53,456 bases of DNA, taken from a virus. Both the position numbers and the translations under genes were made by a program. Location of the stretch: IMG/VR virus record IMGVR_UViG_3300017659_000001; one strand, given 5' to 3'. Below the pieces are notes generated by a model. That model was not told the origin of the DNA. It worked only from the letters and a program-made list of their open reading frames with translations, and did no database searches. Shown here one piece after another: positions 16,335 to 24,723 of this stretch. Each line of letters starts with the position of its first letter. The stretch's first letter is position 1.

Positions 16335-17341
16335 TGCCGTTCATCGACCTGCCCGACCGCATTCCGGGCTTGCGCGCGCAGGCCCGGAGCGATCGGCCCT
16401 GGTACCGCATCACCAACCAGGCCGCCGACGAGGCGGAAGTGATGCTCTACGACGAGGTCGGATGGTTCGGTGCCACCGCCGACGAGTTCATCAACGACCT
16501 GCGTGGCATCACCGCGCCGAACATTCTGCTCAGGGTCAACAGCCCTGGCGGCAGCGTCACGGAGGGGATCGCGATAGCCAACGCGCTGCGATCTCACCCC
16601 GCAAGCGTCACGGTTCAGGTGGATGGGATCGCCGCGTCTATCGCTTCGGTGATCGCGATGGCGGGCGACCGGGTCCGAATGATGCCGAACGCGCTTCTCA
16701 TGGTGCACGAAGCGAGCGGCCTCTGTGTCGGTGACGCAGCCGAGATGATCAAGATGGCTGAGGTCCTCGGAAAGATCTCCGACAACATTGCTGGGGCCTA
16801 TGCGGCGCGCGCTGGCGGCACCGAGGCCGAATGGCGACAGGTCATGAAGAACGAGACCTGGTATCGGGGCGAAGAGGCTGTGGCGGCCGGGCTCGCGGAC
16901 GAGGTCGTGCCGACGCCAAAGCGCGGCGAGTCGGTCGCCGATCCTGCCGAGGGCGAGCCGGAGCCGGAGATGCGGAAGCAGTTTGACCTCACGGCCTACG
17001 GCTACACCGGGCCCACGCAGACGCCCGGCACGGATGCGAGCGAGACGACGCTCACCTTCAGCATCGGCGCAGCGGTAGGCGAGCAGCTCCTTGAGGCGAT
17101 GCGCGCCGAGGCGAAGGCCCGGACCGACGCGCCTGAGCCGGTCGAGCCTGCGGAGCCGGAAGCCCCAGTTGCTCCCGAGCCCCTTGCGGTCGTAGAGCCC
17201 CCCGCCGAGACCGCACCCGAAGCGGACGACTGGGCGGCCGCGGTCGCCCACCTACTCCAGCCGAAGCCCGACCCCTGGGCCGACGCATTCGCCCACCTCG
17301 TCACCCCCGACCCGTCGTCCAGCGCGGCGACAGCAGCCTGA
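16334..17341 (+). CDS. ClpP/S14-type prohead protease with scaffold-like Ala/Pro/Glu-rich C-terminus
   Basis: VNSPGGSVTEG, GIAASIASVIAMAG, MVHEASG. Lies between the portal and capsid genes. Confidence 0.9.
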   Translation: MPFIDLPDRIPGLRAQARSDRPWYRITNQAADEAEVMLYDEVGWFGATADEFINDLRGITAPNILLRVNSPGGSVTEGIAIANALRSHPASVTVQVDGIAASIASVIAMAGDRVRMMPNALLMVHEASGLCVGDAAEMIKMAEVLGKISDNIAGAYAARAGGTEAEWRQVMKNETWYRGEEAVAAGLADEVVPTPKRGESVADPAEGEPEPEMRKQFDLTAYGYTGPTQTPGTDASETTLTFSIGAAVGEQLLEAMRAEAKARTDAPEPVEPAEPEAPVAPEPLAVVEPPAETAPEADDWAAAVAHLLQPKPDPWADAFAHLVTPDPSSSAATAA

Positions 17342-17352
17342 AGGAGGCACCA

Positions 17353-18711
17353 GTGGCACCCACTCTGACCGTCCCGCGCAACGCCGACGAGCTGGAGGAC
17401 ATGCTCGGCGACACCTCGAACATCGCGAAGATCGCCGAGACGCCGGACACGTTCAAAAACTTCATCCTCGACTACGCCAAGGGCCAGGCCCGCAGCGACG
17501 CATCCATCGAGGCGCAGATCAAGGAGGAGACGCAGCGGCAGTTCGCCGAGATCCTCAAGAACGAGCAGATCGACGGGATCAACCGCCTCAACCTCGCCCC
17601 GACCTGGGACAACGGCGCGCCTGCGAACCGGTCGAAGTACTACAACCGCAAGGCGGCGGGCGCCGGCCTCGACAAGCAGTTCGGGAACTGGGCCGACTAC
17701 CTCGTCGCGACGTGGGCGGGGTCGAACACCGCGGAAGCTTTCGCGGCACGCTCGGAGATCAAGAAGATCCAGAACGCGTTCGGGTCGACCGTCCCCAGCG
17801 ACGGCGGGTTTCTGATCCCGGAGTCGCTGCGCAGCGAGCTGCTTTCGGTGCCGATGGAGAAGGGCCTCGTCCGCTCCCGCGCCCGCGTCGTGCCCATGGA
17901 AACGCTCATGGTGCCGTACCCGACGATCGACTCCACGTCGAACGCGACCAGCGTCCACGGCGGCGTCACCGGCTACTGGACCGAAGAGGGCGGCACCCTC
18001 ACCGACTCGGCTCCGCAGTTCGGCCGCATCGAGCTCCTGGCCAAGAAGTTGACGCTCTACTCGGAGATCCCCAACGAGCTGTTCCAGGACTCGCTGATCT
18101 CGCTGGAGCAGTTCATGTCGGTGTCCTACCCCGAGGCGCTGATGTGGTTCGAGGACAACGCGTTCATCGACGGCACCGGTGTCGGCCAGCCGCTCGGCTT
18201 CCTCAACGCCCCGGCCGCCGTGTCCATCGCGAAGGAGTCGGGGCAGACCGCCGCGACGATCCTGTGGGAGAACATCATCAAGGCGTACAGCCGGATGCTC
18301 CCCAGCTCCCTCGGCTCCGCAGTGTGGGTCGCGCACATCGACACGCTCCCGCAGCTCCTCACGATGGCGCTGTCCGTGGGCACCGGCGGCTCCGCGGTCT
18401 GGGTCGGCGACGGCGGCGGCGAAGGCGCCCCGCCCGTGCGGATCCTCGGCCGTCCGGTCATCTTCACCGAGAAGGTGTCCAGCGTCGGCACCGCCGGTGA
18501 CATCAACTTCGTGGACTTCGGCTACTACCTCATCGGTGACCGCCAGGCCATGCAGATGAGCTCCAGCACCGAGTTCAAGTTCGGCAACGACAAGACGGCC
18601 ATGAGGGTCATCGAGCGCGTCGACGGCACCCCGTGGATCAAGTCCGCGATCACCCCCCGCAAGGGCTCCAACACCCTGTCGCCGTTCGTGAAGGTCGCGA
18701 CCCGTTCCTGA
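17353..18711 (+). CDS. Major capsid protein (HK97-type)
   Basis: ORF track, 452 aa. AAGGAGG upstream. Follows the protease. Confidence 0.9.
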   Translation: MAPTLTVPRNADELEDMLGDTSNIAKIAETPDTFKNFILDYAKGQARSDASIEAQIKEETQRQFAEILKNEQIDGINRLNLAPTWDNGAPANRSKYYNRKAAGAGLDKQFGNWADYLVATWAGSNTAEAFAARSEIKKIQNAFGSTVPSDGGFLIPESLRSELLSVPMEKGLVRSRARVVPMETLMVPYPTIDSTSNATSVHGGVTGYWTEEGGTLTDSAPQFGRIELLAKKLTLYSEIPNELFQDSLISLEQFMSVSYPEALMWFEDNAFIDGTGVGQPLGFLNAPAAVSIAKESGQTAATILWENIIKAYSRMLPSSLGSAVWVAHIDTLPQLLTMALSVGTGGSAVWVGDGGGEGAPPVRILGRPVIFTEKVSSVGTAGDINFVDFGYYLIGDRQAMQMSSSTEFKFGNDKTAMRVIERVDGTPWIKSAITPRKGSNTLSPFVKVATRS

Positions 18712-18793
18712 CCCGGCCGGCCCCGGCCAGCAGTAACGCCCTGGCCGGGGTCCGTTCCGAAGAGGCACTCAACCCCCTCAAGGAGGGCATCTC

Positions 18794-19225
18794 ATGGAAG
18801 CACTCGGACGCACGGTGAACGTCATCTCGTTGGCGGACGGCGTGTACATCAGCCTGCGGGACTGCGGCGGTGTCGCCTTCTCCTGCTACCTGGCCGCCGC
18901 GGCGGGCGATACCTACACCCTCGTCGAGGCGAAGGACGCATCCGGGACCGGCGCGCAGAACCTCGCCGCGGTCACCCGCTACTACACGTGCACCGGCGAC
19001 GGCACCGACGCGTGGACGAAGCGCACCCAGGCTGCGGCGGCGACGGTCGTCACGGCGGCCGCGGCCACACAGAACGCGATGTGGGTGGAGATCGACGGCA
19101 CGCAGCTGTCTGACGACTACGACTACGTCAAGCTCACCTCGACCGGCGCCGGCCGGGTCGAGGCGATCGCCCGCGACCTGGTCGTGCAGCGCGCCCCCGC
19201 CAACCTGCCTGCGCTGGGGGCCTGA
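18794..19225 (+). CDS. Head-module protein, function unknown (143 aa)
   Basis: ORF track. AAGGAGGG upstream. Confidence 0.75.
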   Translation: MEALGRTVNVISLADGVYISLRDCGGVAFSCYLAAAAGDTYTLVEAKDASGTGAQNLAAVTRYYTCTGDGTDAWTKRTQAAAATVVTAAAATQNAMWVEIDGTQLSDDYDYVKLTSTGAGRVEAIARDLVVQRAPANLPALGA

Positions 19226-19227
19226 TC

Positions 19228-19686
19228 ATGAGCACTCTCATCCAGGGCGACCAGTTGCGGACACTGCTGTTCGGCACTGCGGTGTCGAAGGCGTACACGC
19301 CGCTCGTCGTCGAGACGAAGACGCTGTTCAACGTGACCGGCGGCAAGGTGCTGATCACGTCGATCGTCGGCGAGGTCACCACGGCGATCACCGCGGCGAA
19401 CACGGTGAAGCTCCAGGCGAACCCGACGGTCGGCGCCACGAAGGACCTGTGCGCGGCCACCGACATCGGGACCACGGACACCCCGGCCGGGAACCTCGTG
19501 GGCTTCCAGGGCCTGACCGGAGATTCGATCCTCACCGGGCCCGGCGCGGTCCCGACGCTGAAGCAGCCGGTCGTCGTGAACACGGGAACGATCGAGCAGG
19601 TCACGGCGACCGGCGCGGACGGCGGCATCACGTGGACGCTCACCTACGTGCCGCTCGACAACGGCGCCGCGGTGGCGGCGGCCTGA
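19228..19686 (+). CDS. Head-module protein, beta-rich, function unknown (152 aa)
   Basis: ORF track. Confidence 0.75.
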   Translation: MSTLIQGDQLRTLLFGTAVSKAYTPLVVETKTLFNVTGGKVLITSIVGEVTTAITAANTVKLQANPTVGATKDLCAATDIGTTDTPAGNLVGFQGLTGDSILTGPGAVPTLKQPVVVNTGTIEQVTATGADGGITWTLTYVPLDNGAAVAAA

Positions 19687-19687
19687 C

Positions 19688-20125
19688 ATGGCACTTCTGG
19701 TCTGCACCGACTGCACGACCCGCTACTCGGTCGGTGCAGTCCGGTGCCCGCAGTGCGGCAGTACCGAGCACGTCGAAGAAGGAGCAGGGGACATGCCGAA
19801 GATCACCGTGCACGGCGGTGCGTCGATCGCGGGCGCGTCCGTCGTGGGCGGATCGTGGTCCAACGAGGGCGACCCGGACGTATGGCCGGAGCCCGCGAGC
19901 GAGGAGGGCGGTGAGGAGTCATCGGCTGGGAGCAGCTCCTCGACATCCGACGAGACGCCATCGAGCAGGCCCGAGCCGAGCGAGACGCCGTCCCCGTCGC
20001 CTGCCCCAACGACGGCGAGCCGCTCCAAGAAGGCGGCGACGGCCAAGGGCCGTACTGCCCGTGGGACGGATGGCGGCCAGACGGAAGCTACGTCGGCGAC
20101 CGACTCCGCTGACGAGGAGGCGTAA
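19688..20125 (+). CDS. Zinc-ribbon protein with a long Ser/Pro/Glu-rich disordered tail
   Basis: ORF track. CTDC...CPQC N-terminus. Confidence 0.7.
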   Translation: MALLVCTDCTTRYSVGAVRCPQCGSTEHVEEGAGDMPKITVHGGASIAGASVVGGSWSNEGDPDVWPEPASEEGGEESSAGSSSSTSDETPSSRPEPSETPSPSPAPTTASRSKKAATAKGRTARGTDGGQTEATSATDSADEEA

Positions 20126-20536
20126 GTGTCCGTGTACCGGTCGAACGAGCTGTTCAGGGCCACCGGCCTGACCATGAACAGCTCCACCGACCACGTCACC
20201 GCCAGCACCGTCAACGACACCACGGGCCGGACCGGGGCGATCGACATCAGTCGCGTCAGCAGCGGCCTGCTCGTGGTGACCGTGGCGAACGCGCCCACCG
20301 GCTCGTCCCCAACGCTGGCCGTGTTCTTCGACGTGGCGGACGCCTACGGCACGTGGGTGCAGACGTCGTCGGCGACGTCGATCGGCGGGGCGCTCCTCAC
20401 GTCGACGGGCTACACGTACGGGCAGATCGGTACGGGCTACACGCTGACCAACCTGGGGCGGATCCGCTGGGTGGTCGGCGGCACCGCCAGTCCGACGTTC
20501 ACCGGGGTGAGCTTGTCCCTGCACGGCCGCCCCTGA
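20126..20536 (+). CDS. Head-module protein, function unknown (136 aa)
   Basis: ORF track. GAGGAGG upstream of GTG. Confidence 0.7.
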   Translation: MSVYRSNELFRATGLTMNSSTDHVTASTVNDTTGRTGAIDISRVSSGLLVVTVANAPTGSSPTLAVFFDVADAYGTWVQTSSATSIGGALLTSTGYTYGQIGTGYTLTNLGRIRWVVGGTASPTFTGVSLSLHGRP

Positions 20537-20571
20537 CCCGCGCAACGAGACCTGAGAGGAGGTGACGAGAG

Positions 20572-21633
20572 ATGACGATCCCGTTCTATGCGACCCGCGA
20601 GGAGATCAAGGCCGAGCTCGACGTGAAGGAGACAGCGCGCTCCAACGCCCGGATCGACCGTGCCCTCGCGGACGCGACCGAGGCCGTCGACGGGATGACA
20701 CACCGCACCTTCTACCCTGTGGTCGACATCCGGAAGTTCGACTGGCCGCCTCGCGCCGGCATGACGCCGTGGATTCTGCGGCTCGACGCGAACGAACTCA
20801 TCTCCGTCACCTCCCTTACCTCCGGCGGCGTGACGATCGCGTTGGGTGACTTCCTCCTGCGGCGGGCCGACGACAAGGCCGAGCCCCCGTATACGCGCAT
20901 CGAGATCAACCTCGGCGGCGACGCCAGCTTCGGCGGCGGCGACACCTACCAGCAGGACATCGTCGTCACCGGCCTGTTCGGCTACCGCAACGACGAAACC
21001 ACCCTCGGCACCACCGCCGAGGCGCTGGACGTGTCGGAGACCAGCGTGGACGTGGACGCCGCCACGTCAGCCGCGGCCGGGATCGGCTCCCTGCTGCGCG
21101 TCGACTCCGAGCGGATGGTCGTCACCGGGCGGGCGCAGCTCGACACCGGGCAGACCCTCGGCGGGAGCGGGCTGACGAACTTGAACAGCGCCACCGCGGT
21201 CACCGTGCAGAGCGGGTCCGCGTTCGCGCCGGGCGAGATCATTCTCATCGACGCGGAGAAGATGCGCGTCGACGACGTCGCGGGCAACACGCTGGTCGTG
21301 ACCCGGCCTTGGGACGGGACGACGATCGCCGCACACAGCGTGGGCGCCGCGATCTACGCGCCGCGGACCCTGACCGTGCAGCGCGGTGCGCTCGGCACCA
21401 CCGCCGCCGCGCATCTCACCGCGGCGACCGTGTATCGGTGGGATGCGCCTGGCTCTGTCCGCCAGCTCTGCGTCGCCGAGGCCCTCACCGACCTGTTGCA
21501 GGGCCGCTCCGGGTACGCGCGGACGGCTGGGTCTGGGGAGAACGAGCGGGAGATGTCCGGCCGCGGGCTGAAGGACCTCCGCGAGCGGGTGTACGCCTCG
21601 CACGGGCGCAAGGGCCGGGTGAGGTCGGTATGA
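20572..21633 (+). CDS. Head-tail connector/adaptor with a long C-terminal extension (353 aa)
   Basis: ORF track. N-terminal YATREEIKAELDV...IDRALADATEAVDGMTHRTF resembles gp6-like connectors. Confidence 0.7.
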   Translation: MTIPFYATREEIKAELDVKETARSNARIDRALADATEAVDGMTHRTFYPVVDIRKFDWPPRAGMTPWILRLDANELISVTSLTSGGVTIALGDFLLRRADDKAEPPYTRIEINLGGDASFGGGDTYQQDIVVTGLFGYRNDETTLGTTAEALDVSETSVDVDAATSAAAGIGSLLRVDSERMVVTGRAQLDTGQTLGGSGLTNLNSATAVTVQSGSAFAPGEIILIDAEKMRVDDVAGNTLVVTRPWDGTTIAAHSVGAAIYAPRTLTVQRGALGTTAAAHLTAATVYRWDAPGSVRQLCVAEALTDLLQGRSGYARTAGSGENEREMSGRGLKDLRERVYASHGRKGRVRSV

Positions 21634-22004
21634 GGCTCGACGTATCCACCACCGGCCGCGGCCCCCTCTTCGACGGCCGCGCCCGCCGCGCCGCGAACGA
21701 GTACGTCACCAGGCTGGAACGCCAACTCGCCGACGAGGGCCTGAGCATCCTCCGCGAGGAGATGCACGCCGTGTTCCGCAACCCGACGGGCTACTACGAG
21801 TCCCGCTGTGTGGTGGAGGACGGCAACAAGATCACCGACTCACGTGTCGTGTACGGGCCGTGGCTGGCTGGCATCGGCAGCCGGAACTTCCCGGTGACGA
21901 AGTTCAAGGGCTACGACCACTGGATCAAGACCCAGCACCGCCTGAACGACCGCAAGCAGGGCATCGGCGAGCGACTCCTGCGCCGTTATACGGGCCGGAT
22001 GTGA
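21630..22004 (+). CDS. Head closure/tail-joining protein (HK97 gp10-like)
   Basis: ATG 21630 in ORF 21309..22004. Assigned by position and size. Confidence 0.65.
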   Translation: MRLDVSTTGRGPLFDGRARRAANEYVTRLERQLADEGLSILREEMHAVFRNPTGYYESRCVVEDGNKITDSRVVYGPWLAGIGSRNFPVTKFKGYDHWIKTQHRLNDRKQGIGERLLRRYTGRM

Positions 22005-22010
22005 TGCGCC

Positions 22011-22469
22011 ATGTCTCTTGACCTCAACGCCTACCGCAGCGCGGCTATGTCCCACGCTCAGGGCCTCGGCCTGTTCGAGCAGGTGTTGGACCACGAGCCG
22101 GTGTCGGCGCCCGGCTCCGGTCTGATCTACGCGGTGTGGGTCGCCGATGCCGCGCCGATCCCTGCCCGGTCCGGTCTCGCCTCGGTGTCGGTGCGGCTGG
22201 AGCTGAACGGCCGGGTGTTCATGCCTGCGGACACGGAGCCGCAGGGTGACGTCGACATCGCGGTGACGGGCGCCGTGAACGGGCTGATGAACGCGTACGC
22301 GGGTGACTTCGAGCTCGGTGGGACTGTCGCGGAAGTGGACCTGCTGGGCATGTACGGCGCGCTGCTGCGGGCCCGGTTCGGCTACACGCGCCTCGACTCG
22401 ACGACGTACCGGGTGGCCACGCTCACCATCCCGCTTGTGATCAACGACGCATGGACGGAGGCCCCGTAG
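22011..22469 (+). CDS. Tail terminator-like protein
   Basis: ORF track. Lies immediately upstream of the tail tube gene. Confidence 0.65.
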   Translation: MSLDLNAYRSAAMSHAQGLGLFEQVLDHEPVSAPGSGLIYAVWVADAAPIPARSGLASVSVRLELNGRVFMPADTEPQGDVDIAVTGAVNGLMNAYAGDFELGGTVAEVDLLGMYGALLRARFGYTRLDSTTYRVATLTIPLVINDAWTEAP

Positions 22470-23221
22470 TGGCAAAAACCAGTGGGCTCGGGGACGCGCT
22501 CCTCATCGCCGGGTTCGACGCGTCTGGCGACATTCAGCAGCTCGGCAGCATCGGCGGCGGCCCGGCCCTGCTGAACGTAACGGGTATCGACAAGAGCGCG
22601 TACGAGCGCATCGGCGGTCTTCGCTCGGGCCAGTTCGAGATGACGACGTTCTTCAATCACGTCGCGGTCACCGGGGCTACGCACGAGAAGCTGTCGACGC
22701 TGCCCCGCACGGACGTGATCATGACGTACGGCCGGGGCACAACGCTCGGCGACCCAGCCGCGAGCCTGGTCGGCAAGCAGGCCAACTACGACCCCACCCG
22801 TGGGGACGACGGGATGCTCACCTTCGGGGTGTCCGCGCAGTCCAACGGCTACGGCATCGAGTGGGGCCGTCAGCTGACGGCCGGCGTGCGGACGGACACC
22901 GCGGCGACGCTCGGTACGGGCATCGACACGACTGCCTCGGCTTCGTTCGGCGGGCAAGCGTACTTGCACGTCACGGCGTTTTCCGGGACGGACGTGACCG
23001 TCAAGATCCAGGACAGTGCGGACAACGTGACGTTCGCTGACGTGGCCAGCTTCGCGTTCACGCAGGTGACTGCGGCTCCGGCGTCGGAGCGGATTGCGCT
23101 GGCCAACACGGCGACCATCCGCCGGTATGTCCGCGCGGTGACGGTGACGACGGGCGGCTTCGCCTCGGTCAGTTTCGCCGTCAACATGATCAAGAACGAT
23201 ATCGCCGGGCAGGTCTTCTGA
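22469..23221 (+). CDS. Major tail (tube) protein
   Basis: GTG 22469 in ORF 22451..23221, 250 aa. Position. Shares N-terminal motifs with 23674..24081. Confidence 0.8.
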   Translation: MAKTSGLGDALLIAGFDASGDIQQLGSIGGGPALLNVTGIDKSAYERIGGLRSGQFEMTTFFNHVAVTGATHEKLSTLPRTDVIMTYGRGTTLGDPAASLVGKQANYDPTRGDDGMLTFGVSAQSNGYGIEWGRQLTAGVRTDTAATLGTGIDTTASASFGGQAYLHVTAFSGTDVTVKIQDSADNVTFADVASFAFTQVTAAPASERIALANTATIRRYVRAVTVTTGGFASVSFAVNMIKNDIAGQVF

Positions 23222-23667
23222 TGACCATCGAACTGTCGCGGCCCGCGCCGCTCATGCGCCCCGAGGCGTACAAGACGTACGAGATGCGGTTCCCGCTCAC
23301 GACGCACTGGCGGCCCGCGACGTGCGCCGAGACGAAGTGCCCGCACTACCTGAAGGGGTGGCGGACACGGGTGGAGAACCTCACCCAGGATCTGCTGCAC
23401 GCGGCGAAGACGTCCGGCCGCCGGTACACGGTGCAGCAGGTTGCGGCGGGCGAGTCGTATCTCGTGTTCCCGGCGGGCCAGGCGTGCTTCGCGGCGTCGC
23501 GGCACCGGATCCAGCTGGACCGGCCGCCGCTGTATCTGGTCCGGGACGGGGACTGGCGGGGCAATCCGCGCCGTACGAGGGCCCGTCAGCATTTGAACCC
23601 GGGCAACTGGGTTGAGGACTTCGCCACGCATCAGCAGGCGATCGCAGACGAAATCGAGAAGGGGTGA
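23221..23667 (+). CDS. Hypothetical protein inserted between the tail-tube paralogues (148 aa)
   Basis: ORF track. Contains CAETKCPH. Confidence 0.7.
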   Translation: MTIELSRPAPLMRPEAYKTYEMRFPLTTHWRPATCAETKCPHYLKGWRTRVENLTQDLLHAAKTSGRRYTVQQVAAGESYLVFPAGQACFAASRHRIQLDRPPLYLVRDGDWRGNPRRTRARQHLNPGNWVEDFATHQQAIADEIEKG

Positions 23668-23673
23668 CCTGCC

Positions 23674-24081
23674 ATGGGCAAAGCGTCCGGGTTGGGACAA
23701 ACCACACTCAGTGTGGACGATAGCGCGGGTTCCGTGCAGGCGATCAAGAACGACATCACCAACTGGCAGATGAGCACTCCGCGCGGCGTTCAGGACGTCA
23801 CCGGCGTCGACAAGAGCGCCAACGAACGGCTCCTCCTGCTCGCCGACGGCTCCGTCACGCTGAACGGCGTCTTCAACGCGGCCTCCAACCAGTCCCACGA
23901 CGTGTTCAAGACGGTGCCCTCCACGAGCGTGCAGCGCACGGTCACACAGACCGTGAACGGCGTCACTCTCGCCATGGAGATGATCGCCACCGACTACCAG
24001 CTCACCCGCGGAGACTCCGGCGAACTCACCTTCTCCGTGCCACTTTCCCTCGCAAATGGGGCAGTTCCGACCTGGGCGTAG
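23674..24081 (+). CDS. Tail-tube paralogue (135 aa)
   Basis: ORF track. SGLGQT...VTGVDKSANERL parallels SGLGDA...VTGIDKSAYERI of 22469..23221. Confidence 0.7.
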   Translation: MGKASGLGQTTLSVDDSAGSVQAIKNDITNWQMSTPRGVQDVTGVDKSANERLLLLADGSVTLNGVFNAASNQSHDVFKTVPSTSVQRTVTQTVNGVTLAMEMIATDYQLTRGDSGELTFSVPLSLANGAVPTWA

Positions 24082-24106
24082 GCCCACGTCGCCCGGAGCG
24101 TTCCGG

Positions 24107-24144
24107 TAGCCGGGGCGCTCGATCTAAGTCACGTCCCCCGGCTA
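24107..24144 (+). terminator. Hairpin (9-bp stem) between the tube and chaperone genes; possible attenuator
   Basis: tagccgggg...ccccggcta, read directly. Confidence 0.4.
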
Positions 24145-24166
24145 TCCGCTAGACCAGGAGAACAGC

Positions 24167-24574
24167 ATGGGCTTCAAAGCGAAGCTGAAGACCTACCTCG
24201 TCCACTTCGACGAGGGCCACGAATTCCACGGCGTAGAAGCCCGCCTCCGAGGCATCACCTACGCCGAGTGGGAAGAGATGACCGGCCTCGACGGCGGCGA
24301 CGGCGACGACAACGCCGCCAAGTCTGTCCAGCGGTTCGCCGACCACCTCATCTCGTGGAACCTCGAAGACGAGCAGGACCTGCCGGTCCCGACCACCCTG
24401 GACGGCGCGAAGAGCCTCGACCACGATCTCGTCGCCGCGCTCAACAACGCGTGGATCCAAACGCTCACGGGGGTGCACGACGCTGACCCTTTGCCGGAGA
24501 GCTCGCCCTCTGGCGGGCCGTCCCTGGTGGAGTCCGTGCCGATGGAAGCACTGTCGGAGAGCCTGGCGAGCTGA
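24167..24574 (+). CDS. Tail assembly chaperone (G)
   Basis: ORF track. Immediately upstream of the tape measure gene. Confidence 0.8.
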   Translation: MGFKAKLKTYLVHFDEGHEFHGVEARLRGITYAEWEEMTGLDGGDGDDNAAKSVQRFADHLISWNLEDEQDLPVPTTLDGAKSLDHDLVAALNNAWIQTLTGVHDADPLPESSPSGGPSLVESVPMEALSESLAS

Positions 24575-24723
24575 CCCGCGCCCGGTACCTGCTCGGCCTG
24601 CTGGAGCGGTTCCCGGGCTACACCCTGTCCTCCCTGCTGGAGGAGGACACCGAGCTGATGCGCCTCGTGAAGATCGAGGAGCTTGGCGGCGCACACGACG
24701 GAGGGGAGGCGGACGATGGCTGA
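24167..24723 (+). CDS. Tail assembly chaperone G-T fusion via -1 frameshift at 24487..24493
   Basis: The -1 frame encodes ...LTRARYLLGLLERFPGYTLSSLLEEDTELMRLVKIEELG, a typical T-segment, ending at TGA 24721..24723. Confidence 0.6.
24487..24493 (+). promoter_or_regulatory. Candidate -1 slippery heptamer C_CCT_TTG
   Basis: In phase X_XXY_YYZ with the G frame. The -1 frame opens exactly here, after TGA 24484..24486, and runs to 24723. Confidence 0.55.
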
